Source: an uncultured Candidatus Saccharibacteria bacterium
GTDB lineage: Bacteria; Patescibacteriota; Saccharimonadia; Saccharimonadales; JACDBH01
Direction of reading: 5' to 3'
Assembly: GCA_964431415.1 (NCBI GenBank)
Contig: CAYSJS010000003.1
Coordinates: forward strand, 36,422 to 100,421
DNA: 64,000 nucleotides
Shown here: positions 1 to 8,389 of the stretch, in pieces
Layout of the letters: each line of letters opens with the position of its first letter
Position numbering within the stretch: position 1 is the first letter of the stretch
Program-made: the position numbers and the translations under genes
The notes under the pieces: generated by a model
Told to the model about the DNA's origin: nothing
What the model saw: the letters and a program-made list of their open reading frames with translations, nothing else
Database searches by the model: none

Positions 1-747
1 AAATATAATGAACTTCGAATAGTGGCTATACAGCGAGATGAACCAGAACCTTACATCGGCCACGCTTCCTCGCTTTAACAGCTGTTTGTCACTTAAAGAT
101 TGTCCTGAGGAAAGCAAAAGAGTACGCTCGATGGAGTGATCACCACCCGGTACATAGTTATAGTTAAATGTTTCTAGCTTTTTCTTTGTATAGACTTGTA
201 CGCCGTCCACGCTATAAATAACTTCTTCAACCCTATTTTTGGAAGGATCGCTCAAAAGTCCAATACGTAAGCTATCCGCCGATGTCGATACCTTGCGGGG
301 GGCAAGGGTGAGTTTTTGCCCAAAGTACGAATATTCGCAGCCGTTCAATATATCACATGGCGGAGTTGTAGAAGCAAAAATAAGCTGGGGCGTACTAGCG
401 CCACTTGCTGTAGCATTTTCGTTTAACGTCATTATCAGCACGCCTGAGCTACCGGCTAAAGAAGTTGGGAAACTTCCTACCTTTTGCCAGTCTCGCGTTA
501 TATCGAAAGATGTTAATTTGGTGCAGTTATTAAGATTCGTTTCAGATTGAAAATATAATGATGCCCCACCTACCTGGTCATCCAAGTTGGCGCGAACATA
601 CATATCCAGGTTCTCAGACTGAAGCTTGGTAAGTGCACTAACCTGATTTCCGCCCACTTCACTACAATTGAGAGCAGAAATTTGGTCTGATGAACAGAAA
701 AGAAGTAAAGTACCGAATATAGCAACGAACAGTATTAAGCGCTTCAT
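1..747 (-). CDS. Secreted hypothetical protein with the C-terminus truncated by the window edge. It starts MKRLILFVAIFGTLLLFCSS (signal peptide).
   Basis: Manual translation of the minus strand from ATG at 745-747 runs open to position 1. It has a basic N-terminus followed by a hydrophobic signal-like segment. The six-frame track appears not to list ORFs that run off the window. Confidence 0.4.
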   Translation of the reverse strand, partial: MKRLILFVAIFGTLLLFCSSDQISALNCSEVGGNQVSALTKLQSENLDMYVRANLDDQVGGASLYFQSETNLNNCTKLTSFDITRDWQKVGSFPTSLAGSSGVLIMTLNENATASGASTPQLIFASTTPPCDILNGCEYSYFGQKLTLAPRKVSTSADSLRIGLLSDPSKNRVEEVIYSVDGVQVYTKKKLETFNYNYVPGGDHSIERTLLLSSGQSLSDKQLLKRGSVADVRFWFISLYSHYSKFIIF

Positions 748-785
748 GCTTATGCAATGATACCATGAAAGCCACCTGCGCTGCG

Positions 786-2060
786 CTAGTACTCTATTTC
801 GCCGTAGTTACCGATACGGATTTTTTGCCCGGGTATGATTTCTTGACGCTCCAGCTCCCTAAGAATACCCATCTTCTTTAGGATGTCTTTTAGGCGTCGT
901 TCACCCTCTTCGTCACCAAAGTTTGTGCGGGCCGCAAACTTTTCTATGCGATGTCCGGTTACGACAAAGAAACCATCGTGCTTTTCAACATGAAAGCTCT
1001 TTTCGCTTGCCGGCAATCTATACACGGGCACCTGCGGTTCGGCAGCCTTAGCTTCTGACTCTTCTACGCGAGCTTTATCCACGAGCGATTTCACTTCATA
1101 GAGCAGCTCCTTTACGCCCTGTTTGCTCTGTGCTGAAATGGCCATAAGCGCAGTTTCTGCCGGTACGAGCGACTGCAGATCACTCAAACGGTCTTTAACA
1201 ATTTCATCATCTAAACCTTCAATTTTTGTCAGCACGACGACCTGAGGCTTTTGAGTCAGGTCTGTTTTATAATCGCGCAGCTCATTCTGAATAGTGGTAT
1301 AGGCGACCGCAATATCGTCCTGGTACGCATCTATAAGGTGTATGAGCACTTTTGTGCGCTCAACATGACGTAAGAACTCATCACCCAGTCCCTTGCCTTG
1401 ACTGGCGCCTTCGATTAACCCGGGAATATCGGCAAATAAAAGCGAGCTACTGGCATCTACGTCTACTACTCCGAGGTTTGGCGTCAAAGTAGTAAAAGGA
1501 TAATTGGCAATTTCTGGTTTGGCGTTGCTGATAACACTGAGAAGCGTTGACTTGCCGGCATTCGGTAAGCCTACTAAGCCCACATCGGCAATCATACGAA
1601 GTTCAAACACTGCCTGGAGTTTTTCGCCCTTTTCACCCCGCTCTGCTACCTTGGGCGCTTGTCGCACCGAGCTGACAAAGTGCGCATTACCAAAACCGCC
1701 CTTCCCGCCAGCGGCTACCTCAAACTCCTGGCCGTCGGCCTGAAGGTCGGCAAGCTCTATTCCATCTTCAGTTAAGACAACAGTTCCTACCGGTACGGGC
1801 ACGAGCAGGTCAGTGCCGCTTTTGCCGTGCATCTTCTGTTTAAATCCTGGCTCGCCGTCCGACGCTTTGAGAGTTTTTTGAAAGCGGAACTTAGCCAACG
1901 TGTTTTGATTACGCGATGCCACCAGCACTACGCTGCCACCATTGCCGCCGTCGCCACCATCCGGGCCGCCACGGTCAACAAACTTCTCTTGACGAAAACT
2001 AGAATAACCGTCGCCACCGTTGCCTGCTTCTATTCCGACTTGAACTCTATCTACAAACAT
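786..2060 (-). CDS. obg: GTPase Obg/CgtA
   Basis: Gly-rich N-terminal Obg fold (GNGGDGYSSF...GGPDGGDGGNGGSV). G1 motif GLPNAGKSTLL, DIPGLIEGAS and the C-terminal TGS-like (DUF1967) region. Confidence 0.9.
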   Translation of the reverse strand: MFVDRVQVGIEAGNGGDGYSSFRQEKFVDRGGPDGGDGGNGGSVVLVASRNQNTLAKFRFQKTLKASDGEPGFKQKMHGKSGTDLLVPVPVGTVVLTEDGIELADLQADGQEFEVAAGGKGGFGNAHFVSSVRQAPKVAERGEKGEKLQAVFELRMIADVGLVGLPNAGKSTLLSVISNAKPEIANYPFTTLTPNLGVVDVDASSSLLFADIPGLIEGASQGKGLGDEFLRHVERTKVLIHLIDAYQDDIAVAYTTIQNELRDYKTDLTQKPQVVVLTKIEGLDDEIVKDRLSDLQSLVPAETALMAISAQSKQGVKELLYEVKSLVDKARVEESEAKAAEPQVPVYRLPASEKSFHVEKHDGFFVVTGHRIEKFAARTNFGDEEGERRLKDILKKMGILRELERQEIIPGQKIRIGNYGEIEY

Positions 2061-2139
2061 ATAGAATCATTATACCTGATTGTTGTCAAAAATACGAATA
2101 GGTCCCTAGGCCCAGTTTGGCTTGCGTTTGCATGAGCCA

Positions 2140-3258
2140 CTAGTAAATGAATTTTAGGCTGCCAACTGAAGGAACCAACCGCCAGTCAATCCTACCCCAG
2201 CCGCCGGTCGGCCGTGGGTCATCAATACTAACCTGACCGCTTGCGTTCATTTCGGATATCCAAAAACTACCGTCCTCGTTCACTACTTCGACGACCGAAA
2301 CGTGGTTACCACCCTGGTTTACCGCAACTGCACCGGGTTGCGGCACGCTGCCGACAGGCAAACCTGAGCGCTGCGCGACCACATACCAGCTATATGCATT
2401 GCCCAAGTTGTTTGGTACTGGCCGGCCGAGCTCTGCTCGACGGTTTGACACGTACCATGTACACCAGCCGTAGTCATACCCATTGCCGCCGTAAATAGCT
2501 GTCGTGCCAAACGAATAACCGACATAATAGGACGGAGCCGCTGGCGCCGCAATGCTACCGCCAGGAATCACAATTCTGTCGCCCACCTTAAGACCAGTCA
2601 CCTCGGCATCGTTAAACGCAATAATCTGCTCTTTGCTTGCACTATACTTTGTCGCTAGGCTTTCTGCCGTATCACCGCTTTTAACCGTGTATGCAATACC
2701 ATCAATGGGCGGGATGATAAGTTTTGTACCCACACGTAAAATACCGGTCGTTAAACCATTTGACCACTTGATACTGTCACTCGTGACTCCAAAACGGCTT
2801 GCCAAATCCCCGAGGCTCTCGCCAGCAGCTACCGTGTATTCTTTAATATCTGCCTTTGTCTTAATAACAGAACTGAGAATCTGCGGCTTAGGAACAACGG
2901 CAAAGTCTGCTACTTGTGACGTCAAATCCGCCGCAACCGAATCAGCTTGATTTGCGACCGATGTCGCTTCGGCAAGATTAGTCAGCCGCGCCGCATTTAC
3001 GGCTATGTCTGCTGCAGAAAGCGCATCCAATGGGTTGGCAGCCTGAGTGTCGGAGATCGGAGACGCACTATATTGCGCCGCCTTATTGTTTGGATTGTGC
3101 AAGACAAAAGCTACCGCAACGGCAACAACTGCGAGATTACCGGCCAACAGACCATAGCGAACAAGGCGCTTTTTGGTGCGCTTATTCTTTACGGACCGCG
3201 TAAGTTTCGTTCTCATTGATATGGCTGAATCGGACAAATCTGAAGGTAATTCGGCCAA
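2140..3258 (-). CDS. LysM-domain plus CHAP-domain peptidoglycan hydrolase with an N-terminal membrane anchor
   Basis: N-terminal TM (LLAGNLAVVAVAVAFVL). LysM-like stretch (YTVKSGDTAESLATKYSASKEQIIAFN). C-terminal CHAP-like block (YGWCTWYVSNRR...GNHVSVVEVVNEDGSFWISEMN) with conserved Cys and His. Confidence 0.7.
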   Translation of the reverse strand: MAELPSDLSDSAISMRTKLTRSVKNKRTKKRLVRYGLLAGNLAVVAVAVAFVLHNPNNKAAQYSASPISDTQAANPLDALSAADIAVNAARLTNLAEATSVANQADSVAADLTSQVADFAVVPKPQILSSVIKTKADIKEYTVAAGESLGDLASRFGVTSDSIKWSNGLTTGILRVGTKLIIPPIDGIAYTVKSGDTAESLATKYSASKEQIIAFNDAEVTGLKVGDRIVIPGGSIAAPAAPSYYVGYSFGTTAIYGGNGYDYGWCTWYVSNRRAELGRPVPNNLGNAYSWYVVAQRSGLPVGSVPQPGAVAVNQGGNHVSVVEVVNEDGSFWISEMNASGQVSIDDPRPTGGWGRIDWRLVPSVGSLKFIY

Positions 3259-3427
3259 ACGGGTTAGACTACGAATAGTATGTTCCTCGTTTTAATTATA
3301 TCGGCGGTTCGGTGATGAAAGTGCGCAGTAAATGCTCCTAAAATCTTGAACCGTATTAGAAATTGTACCAATACTACTTCGTCGGGTCAAGCTAGCTAAC
3401 AGGGGTAGACCCCTGTTATGGACTTTT

Positions 3428-4501
3428 TTACTGAGGGCTACAACTACTGCAGTGCGCCCGAACCGCAGCTTGATGCTCGGCAATGGTACGCGTGAAATAT
3501 GTTTTGCCGTAGTCATCACCGTCTCCGGCGACAAAATACAAATAGTCGGTGTTGGACGGATACGCTACCGCCTGCAGACCGCTTTTAGTTACATTAGAAA
3601 TTGGACCGGCGGGCAATCCGTCGTGCAAGAAAGTGTTGTAGGGTGAGTCAAAACTCGTGTCAACATACTTCGTGTCTTCACCCGCAACTGCTTGGCCGTA
3701 CAGAACTGTCACGTCAGATTGCAGCCGCATTCCTTTTTTCATCCGCAAGAAGAATACCTGGGCGGCGGTGGTGCGGTCTTCTTGGCTCGCCACTTCACGT
3801 TCCACGATCGAAGCCAAGGTGATCGCTTGATGCGTAGTGAGATTCTTGGCAGCATACGCACTCCGCAGCTCGGTAGTCAGATACTCGCCCATTTCTGCGA
3901 GCGACGCACGGATAATCGTTTCTGGCAGAGTGTCGGCTGTTTTCTGGAAAGAATCAGGGTATAGATAACCTTCTAGCGTTGCATTTGCCGGTTTATCTAC
4001 CAGTGCCGGACTACCGGCGTACAACTTTGGATCAAGCGCTCTATCTACGTCTGCAGCAGCAAAACCCTCATCAATAAATGCTTGGCGTATCTGGTCGAGT
4101 CTTTGGCCAGGCAAAATAGTAAACAAATCAACGGCCACTTCTCCCCCACTCAGCTTTTCGACAATGCTGGCCACATCTTGCGACGTACTGAGCCGGTACG
4201 TACCGGCTTGAAGCTTGTCGGTCAGTAACTTTCCGCGCACATACTGCTTAAACGCCCAGTCGGCCCGTATCACGCCTGCCTGCTTAAGAATAGTTGCTAT
4301 TTCATCAAGCGAAGAACCGCTCGGAATCGCGACTACTACTTCTTTCCCGTCACCTTCTTGAACGGCTCGTAAGTTTTGGGTATAGATCCGGCGCACCGTC
4401 ACTAACGCGCCTCCTCCCGCCACCAGTAAAACTGCCGCCGTAATGAGCAGCATTTTCTTCCAACGAAAAGCTTTATTTTTTCGGAGCGAATACCTCTTCA
4501 T
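3428..4501 (-). CDS. mltG: Endolytic murein transglycosylase MltG (YceG family)
   Basis: N-terminal TM followed by a YceG-like domain (LEGYLYPDSF, GLPAGPISN). It overlaps ruvX by 4 bp, as in the conserved alaS-yqgF-mltG neighbourhood. Confidence 0.75.
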   Translation of the reverse strand: MKRYSLRKNKAFRWKKMLLITAAVLLVAGGGALVTVRRIYTQNLRAVQEGDGKEVVVAIPSGSSLDEIATILKQAGVIRADWAFKQYVRGKLLTDKLQAGTYRLSTSQDVASIVEKLSGGEVAVDLFTILPGQRLDQIRQAFIDEGFAAADVDRALDPKLYAGSPALVDKPANATLEGYLYPDSFQKTADTLPETIIRASLAEMGEYLTTELRSAYAAKNLTTHQAITLASIVEREVASQEDRTTAAQVFFLRMKKGMRLQSDVTVLYGQAVAGEDTKYVDTSFDSPYNTFLHDGLPAGPISNVTKSGLQAVAYPSNTDYLYFVAGDGDDYGKTYFTRTIAEHQAAVRAHCSSCSPQ

Positions 4502-4926
4502 ACCGCCTCCTCAGGTGGAAGGTTAAGCCAGTCGCGCAGTATAAATGTCGCGGCTAAGCTGTCAACGTCACCTTTTTCATATGGCCTATTTTTTGCATCA
4601 AGCTCAGCTTTTGCCTGTAGTGAGGTCCCGGCTTCATCCTGAAGATGTATTGGTATTGATACGACTTTGCTGAGTTCGTCCGCAAACTGCCGGGTCGCCA
4701 AAGTTTGTGCCGTCTCTCGACCTTCAATATCACGCGGCAGCCCCACTACCAAAGCAGTTGCACCCTGCGTTTCTATGAGCTGTTTAATTACTTCAAAAAT
4801 ATCGCCGACTTTCGTACGGTCAATCGTCAGCAATGGGCTTGGCAAACGAGCCTCAAGACTTGCTACTGCAACACCAATTCGGCGGTCGCCCACGTCAAGT
4901 GCTACTACAATGTGTCCGTCCGTCAT
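4498..4926 (-). CDS. ruvX: Putative pre-16S rRNA nuclease / Holliday-junction resolvase-like YqgF
   Basis: Start VVALDVGDRRIGVAVAS and GLPRDIEGRETAQT are typical YqgF/RuvC-like motifs. Size is 142 aa. Confidence 0.85.
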   Translation of the reverse strand: MTDGHIVVALDVGDRRIGVAVASLEARLPSPLLTIDRTKVGDIFEVIKQLIETQGATALVVGLPRDIEGRETAQTLATRQFADELSKVVSIPIHLQDEAGTSLQAKAELDAKNRPYEKGDVDSLAATFILRDWLNLPPEEAV

Positions 4927-6674
4927 TTTTCTTCCGTCGGATTTACTGCCGGCTTCTCAATGGTGACGGTAATTTTTTCGGTCGACTTTGGAGTGGCATA
5001 TACCCAGAATGGGCTGTAGGTTACCGTCACTTCCTTGACACCTGTTTTGTTCTTTATGGTCTTTTCGGTGTCACCACGCTTTTTACCCTTTATTTCGTCC
5101 TTAATGGCGTTGGCATCAAGCTGCGGCCCAGCCACTACTAGCGTCTGGATGGAAAGCTGGACTTCCTGAGGACTCTTTACGGCTGTCTGCCGAATCACCG
5201 CTTGGTCAAGTCCGTCATCCAGAATGCTCTGGGTCTTGGTGTCTATCTTTGAAGCGATATTCTTTTTAATGAGTTGTCCAAGATAGTCCGATTTTACACC
5301 CAAGATAGTATATGTAGTGACCGATGTAACAGTTACTTCGCCGGTTGCTTCTTCGTTTAAAGCTGGTGCGGCAGTTATCGCGGGCGAACCTATGACTACC
5401 GTTTCGAGCAGACCTTTATAGCCATCTGCCTTGAGCTGTGAAACAAGATTGGACCTAGCCTCGGCGTCCAGTCTGCCCTTCATTTTTGCCGCCGCCGTAT
5501 CAATATCCTCTTGGCTTACTACCGTCACAATTTTGCTCGTGCCGCCGGACATTGCCGAGCCATTTAGCCTGAAGTTGCCAGAAAGCGCAGTGCTTTGAGT
5601 AGTATACGTTGCGGCCGCAACATTATAACTGTCTCCGTTTTCAGCTGCTGTCACCGGTACGTTTACCGTGCCGGACGTACAGTTAGAGCCACCGCCGGAG
5701 AATGTTCCCGCTGGCACGCTTGCTACTTCTGTGCTGACAAAGTTCTTGCCGCTCGCCGTGAATACGGTGCCTGCCGCTACGCTCCGACTCGACGAATCTT
5801 CACAGTTTTTGATGGTGATAGTTCCGCTGGCTTTTGTGCCGTTGTCTTTTTTGCCGCTTGCCGTCGTTTTTTCTGTATCGGTCTTCTTTATTTCTTTCAG
5901 CTGCGCGGGCACAACTGCCTTCTCTAAATCAAGATCCTTAGCTACGGTACTTGCCGTAAAAGCAAAGTTGGAAACATTCGTTGACGTGTCGGTAACAATG
6001 GTGATGTTTGCCTTAGGCAATACAATGGCCGCAAAAATCCAGCCACCTACCAGCAGGATAACTGCCAAAATAGCCAGGAAAAAACTCAGACGGAATCTGT
6101 CGAAGTTCGGAACCTTAAATACCTTTTTTAGTTTCGATTTTGGTTTATTTAATCCCGGGCTAACCGCTTCGTCGGCTTCGTCATCGAGCTCTATAGTTTC
6201 GGTGTCGTCATCCGGCAAGCCCTTGGAACCACCGGCCAGCTCGCCCACACTTTTTGTCCGGTCAATCTCCGGTTCTTCGGCTGTATCCTCAACGATCTCT
6301 GCGTTCTCACTATCGCCGCGTTCTGGTGCACGCGGCACCATCGGCTTACTCTGCAAGGTTGCCGCAACATGTAAACCAACCGCACCGGCAAGCGGCATCA
6401 AACCGGCTTCAGAGGTGATCAAAACAAGGCTTTTTTTTGCACTTTGCGCCGACTTTTTTAAAAGCTTCATATTGACAATGCTTTGCAGTACGGTCGCTCG
6501 TTTAGGGAGCACAAGTGCAACTATTTTTTCCGATGATGATTTAACCTTGTCAATAATAGTAGTGATTTCGTCATCGATATCTATATAGATTGTCTGTTTG
6601 CCTGAGCCGCTCATGCTGTGTTCCCTCTGAGGTTTTTCTGCTTTTGGTCGCATAAAAGCATAGTTACACAACAA
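4923..6674 (-). CDS. Hypothetical bitopic membrane protein. It has a small cytoplasmic N-domain, an acidic linker, one TM helix (FFLAILAVILLVGGWIFAAIVL) and a large Thr/Ser/Gly-rich extracytoplasmic domain.
   Basis: Long ORF translationally coupled to ruvX with a 4-bp overlap. No catalytic motif recognised. The start is uncertain; an internal Met at MSGSGKQ is possible. Confidence 0.5.
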   Translation of the reverse strand: MLCNYAFMRPKAEKPQREHSMSGSGKQTIYIDIDDEITTIIDKVKSSSEKIVALVLPKRATVLQSIVNMKLLKKSAQSAKKSLVLITSEAGLMPLAGAVGLHVAATLQSKPMVPRAPERGDSENAEIVEDTAEEPEIDRTKSVGELAGGSKGLPDDDTETIELDDEADEAVSPGLNKPKSKLKKVFKVPNFDRFRLSFFLAILAVILLVGGWIFAAIVLPKANITIVTDTSTNVSNFAFTASTVAKDLDLEKAVVPAQLKEIKKTDTEKTTASGKKDNGTKASGTITIKNCEDSSSRSVAAGTVFTASGKNFVSTEVASVPAGTFSGGGSNCTSGTVNVPVTAAENGDSYNVAAATYTTQSTALSGNFRLNGSAMSGGTSKIVTVVSQEDIDTAAAKMKGRLDAEARSNLVSQLKADGYKGLLETVVIGSPAITAAPALNEEATGEVTVTSVTTYTILGVKSDYLGQLIKKNIASKIDTKTQSILDDGLDQAVIRQTAVKSPQEVQLSIQTLVVAGPQLDANAIKDEIKGKKRGDTEKTIKNKTGVKEVTVTYSPFWVYATPKSTEKITVTIEKPAVNPTEEK

Positions 6675-6732
6675 GTATACCCGTTCGGAGCTGATTTCAC
6701 GAACAACTTATGCTGTTTTGTGAGCATGCCTG

Positions 6733-8022
6733 TCATACGCTTAGCAATCTGTTTATTCTTTCTTTTATAGAACCTGCGGGCGCGCCCGGTTTCTGCTGGT
6801 TTATAGTATCGAGACCCACACGAAGCAGTCCCATAGCCGTAATATATGTATGGTCATTAACCGCACCCGTTTTGTCGACTATCCCCACCACTTCGTCAGG
6901 CGCAATATGCTGCACGTCTGGCTTGCGGGTAAACGGCAAAGACTTATACCAGTTCGTGTTTGAAAGCTCGTCCATCAGCATGTCAAGTGACGAACCGCCG
7001 CCACAAAGCAGTATTTTATGGGGCAAATGGTCAAGATTAGAAAATTCCGCCAATCCCAGTTCTACGCCACTGAGCCACACATCAAGCGTTTTACGAAGGC
7101 TATCTTCCAGCTGCGCCTTTTTGTGTTCTGGTATTTTATGGCTGCCAACCGCCAGTTTTAGAACCTCGGCTTTATCAAAATCCACCGCAAGGTCACGTTC
7201 AATCGCACGGGTATACGCCCGCCCGCCAATGCCAAACATTTTCGTACCTTCGACGCCGCCTTCATTCACTACCGCGATGTCTGTTGTGCCGCCGCCGACA
7301 TCCATAAGTATGGCGCTCATAGAGGCATTTGGGTTATTGCCTATCACGCTCCTAGCTACGGCAAAGGGTTCTGCCGCCACCGCTAGAAGGTCAAGGTCAA
7401 GTTCGTGCGCCGTTCGCTCCAGCGCACCTATATGAATAAGCGGCGCAAAGGCTGTATACAGCTGTACCAGCACGTCCCGTCCCTGAAACCCGACTGGATT
7501 AGAGACGTTATAACCATCTATGGTTATGCCAACCAATGCACTGTTCACCAGTCTAATATCGACGTCTTTTCCGCCCAGCTCCCAAGCCAGCTGCTGCTTG
7601 GCCTTGGCCTCTGCCCGCTCCTGAACCAAGCGAATAATGCGCTCCACTTCCGGCATATCGAGTACTTTAGCGGCATCTTTACGAGTAAATTTTACCGTGG
7701 TGGTTGTGCCTTTGACTAATTCGCCCGCAATTCCTATGACCGTGGAGCGGACGCTTACGCCGGCCATCTTTTCAGCGATACTCAACGCTTCATCACAGTT
7801 CTTAACAACGCCAGCAATATCGGCGATCGCTCCGGCCTGCATATCGGCCAGTTCTTGATGAGCGCGCCCAACGCCAACAATCTCAACACTATCACCCTTG
7901 ATCCGACCGATAAGCGCCTTGACGTTTTCTGTACCGATGTCCAGAGCAACAACATGTTCGGGCAAATTTTTACCCGCCTTTTTTGCAGCGCGCAAACCTT
8001 TGAATGTGTTAAGCATATACAC
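6733..8022 (-). CDS. ftsA: Actin-like ATPase of the FtsA/PilM family, probably cell-division protein FtsA
   Basis: ALDIGTENVKALIG (phosphate-1), MDVGGGTTDIAVV (phosphate-2) and ILLCGGGS (adenosine) motifs. The length of about 429 aa fits FtsA better than PilM. No ftsZ is adjacent. Confidence 0.65.
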   Translation of the reverse strand: MYMLNTFKGLRAAKKAGKNLPEHVVALDIGTENVKALIGRIKGDSVEIVGVGRAHQELADMQAGAIADIAGVVKNCDEALSIAEKMAGVSVRSTVIGIAGELVKGTTTTVKFTRKDAAKVLDMPEVERIIRLVQERAEAKAKQQLAWELGGKDVDIRLVNSALVGITIDGYNVSNPVGFQGRDVLVQLYTAFAPLIHIGALERTAHELDLDLLAVAAEPFAVARSVIGNNPNASMSAILMDVGGGTTDIAVVNEGGVEGTKMFGIGGRAYTRAIERDLAVDFDKAEVLKLAVGSHKIPEHKKAQLEDSLRKTLDVWLSGVELGLAEFSNLDHLPHKILLCGGGSSLDMLMDELSNTNWYKSLPFTRKPDVQHIAPDEVVGIVDKTGAVNDHTYITAMGLLRVGLDTINQQKPGAPAGSIKERINRLLSV

Positions 8023-8076
8023 TTTATTGTACCATGACTTCAGTCAGATATCCCACCTGTGTGGCTAGGGACAACT

Positions 8077-8352
8077 CTAGCGCCGGCATTGACGTATCAT
8101 AAAGTCAGCCCTCCCCCGGGCAACTTCCGAAAAATCACCATCCTCACCTATAAGTACCCCGCCTCTAGCTTGACACTCTCGGCAGAGTAAAATAGCCGCA
8201 TCTACCGGCCCTTGCGATGTCCAAGTGTTACCTGCTGCCGCCGCGATGTTACAATCACCCTCTTGCATAACAAGCGGGGCTTCGTCGCCCGAGAGTAACT
8301 GATATATAACATGTTCCCGATCGGGTATGATTTCCATAACTTTACCCAGCAA
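8077..8352 (-). CDS. Small hypothetical ORF directly downstream of alaS, possibly a detached or degenerate AlaRS C-terminal (C-Ala-like) segment
   Basis: 91-aa ORF in a different frame from alaS, starting 38 bp after the alaS stop. The stretch ARGGVLIGEDGDF..ARGRADFMIRQ faintly resembles the GGKGGGRPDMAQGG motif of the AlaRS C-Ala domain. The similarity is weak. Confidence 0.25.
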   Translation of the reverse strand: MLGKVMEIIPDREHVIYQLLSGDEAPLVMQEGDCNIAAAAGNTWTSQGPVDAAILLCRECQARGGVLIGEDGDFSEVARGRADFMIRQCRR

Positions 8353-8389
8353 AAGAGAGGTTTAGCCGCGTGGGCTGCTCTCCCCTGAC

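Noticed and set aside
239-550. 103-aa plus-strand ORF at the window start
   Set aside because: It is antisense to, and wholly contained in, the longer minus-strand secreted-protein ORF (1-747), which has a proper signal peptide.
5668-6588. Long antisense or shadow ORFs inside large genes (e.g. 5668-6588+, 6710-7435+, 36983-37774+, 43995-44846+, 47182-47607+)
   Set aside because: They are embedded opposite to well-supported genes and have low-complexity, Ser/Thr/Ala/Arg-rich translations typical of frame-shadow ORFs.
6733-8022. Alternative call of the actin-like ATPase as type IV pilus PilM
   Set aside because: The 429-aa length and motif spacing fit FtsA better. No pilN/O/Q, pilB/T or prepilin genes are in the window. 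It is kept as FtsA-family with moderate confidence.
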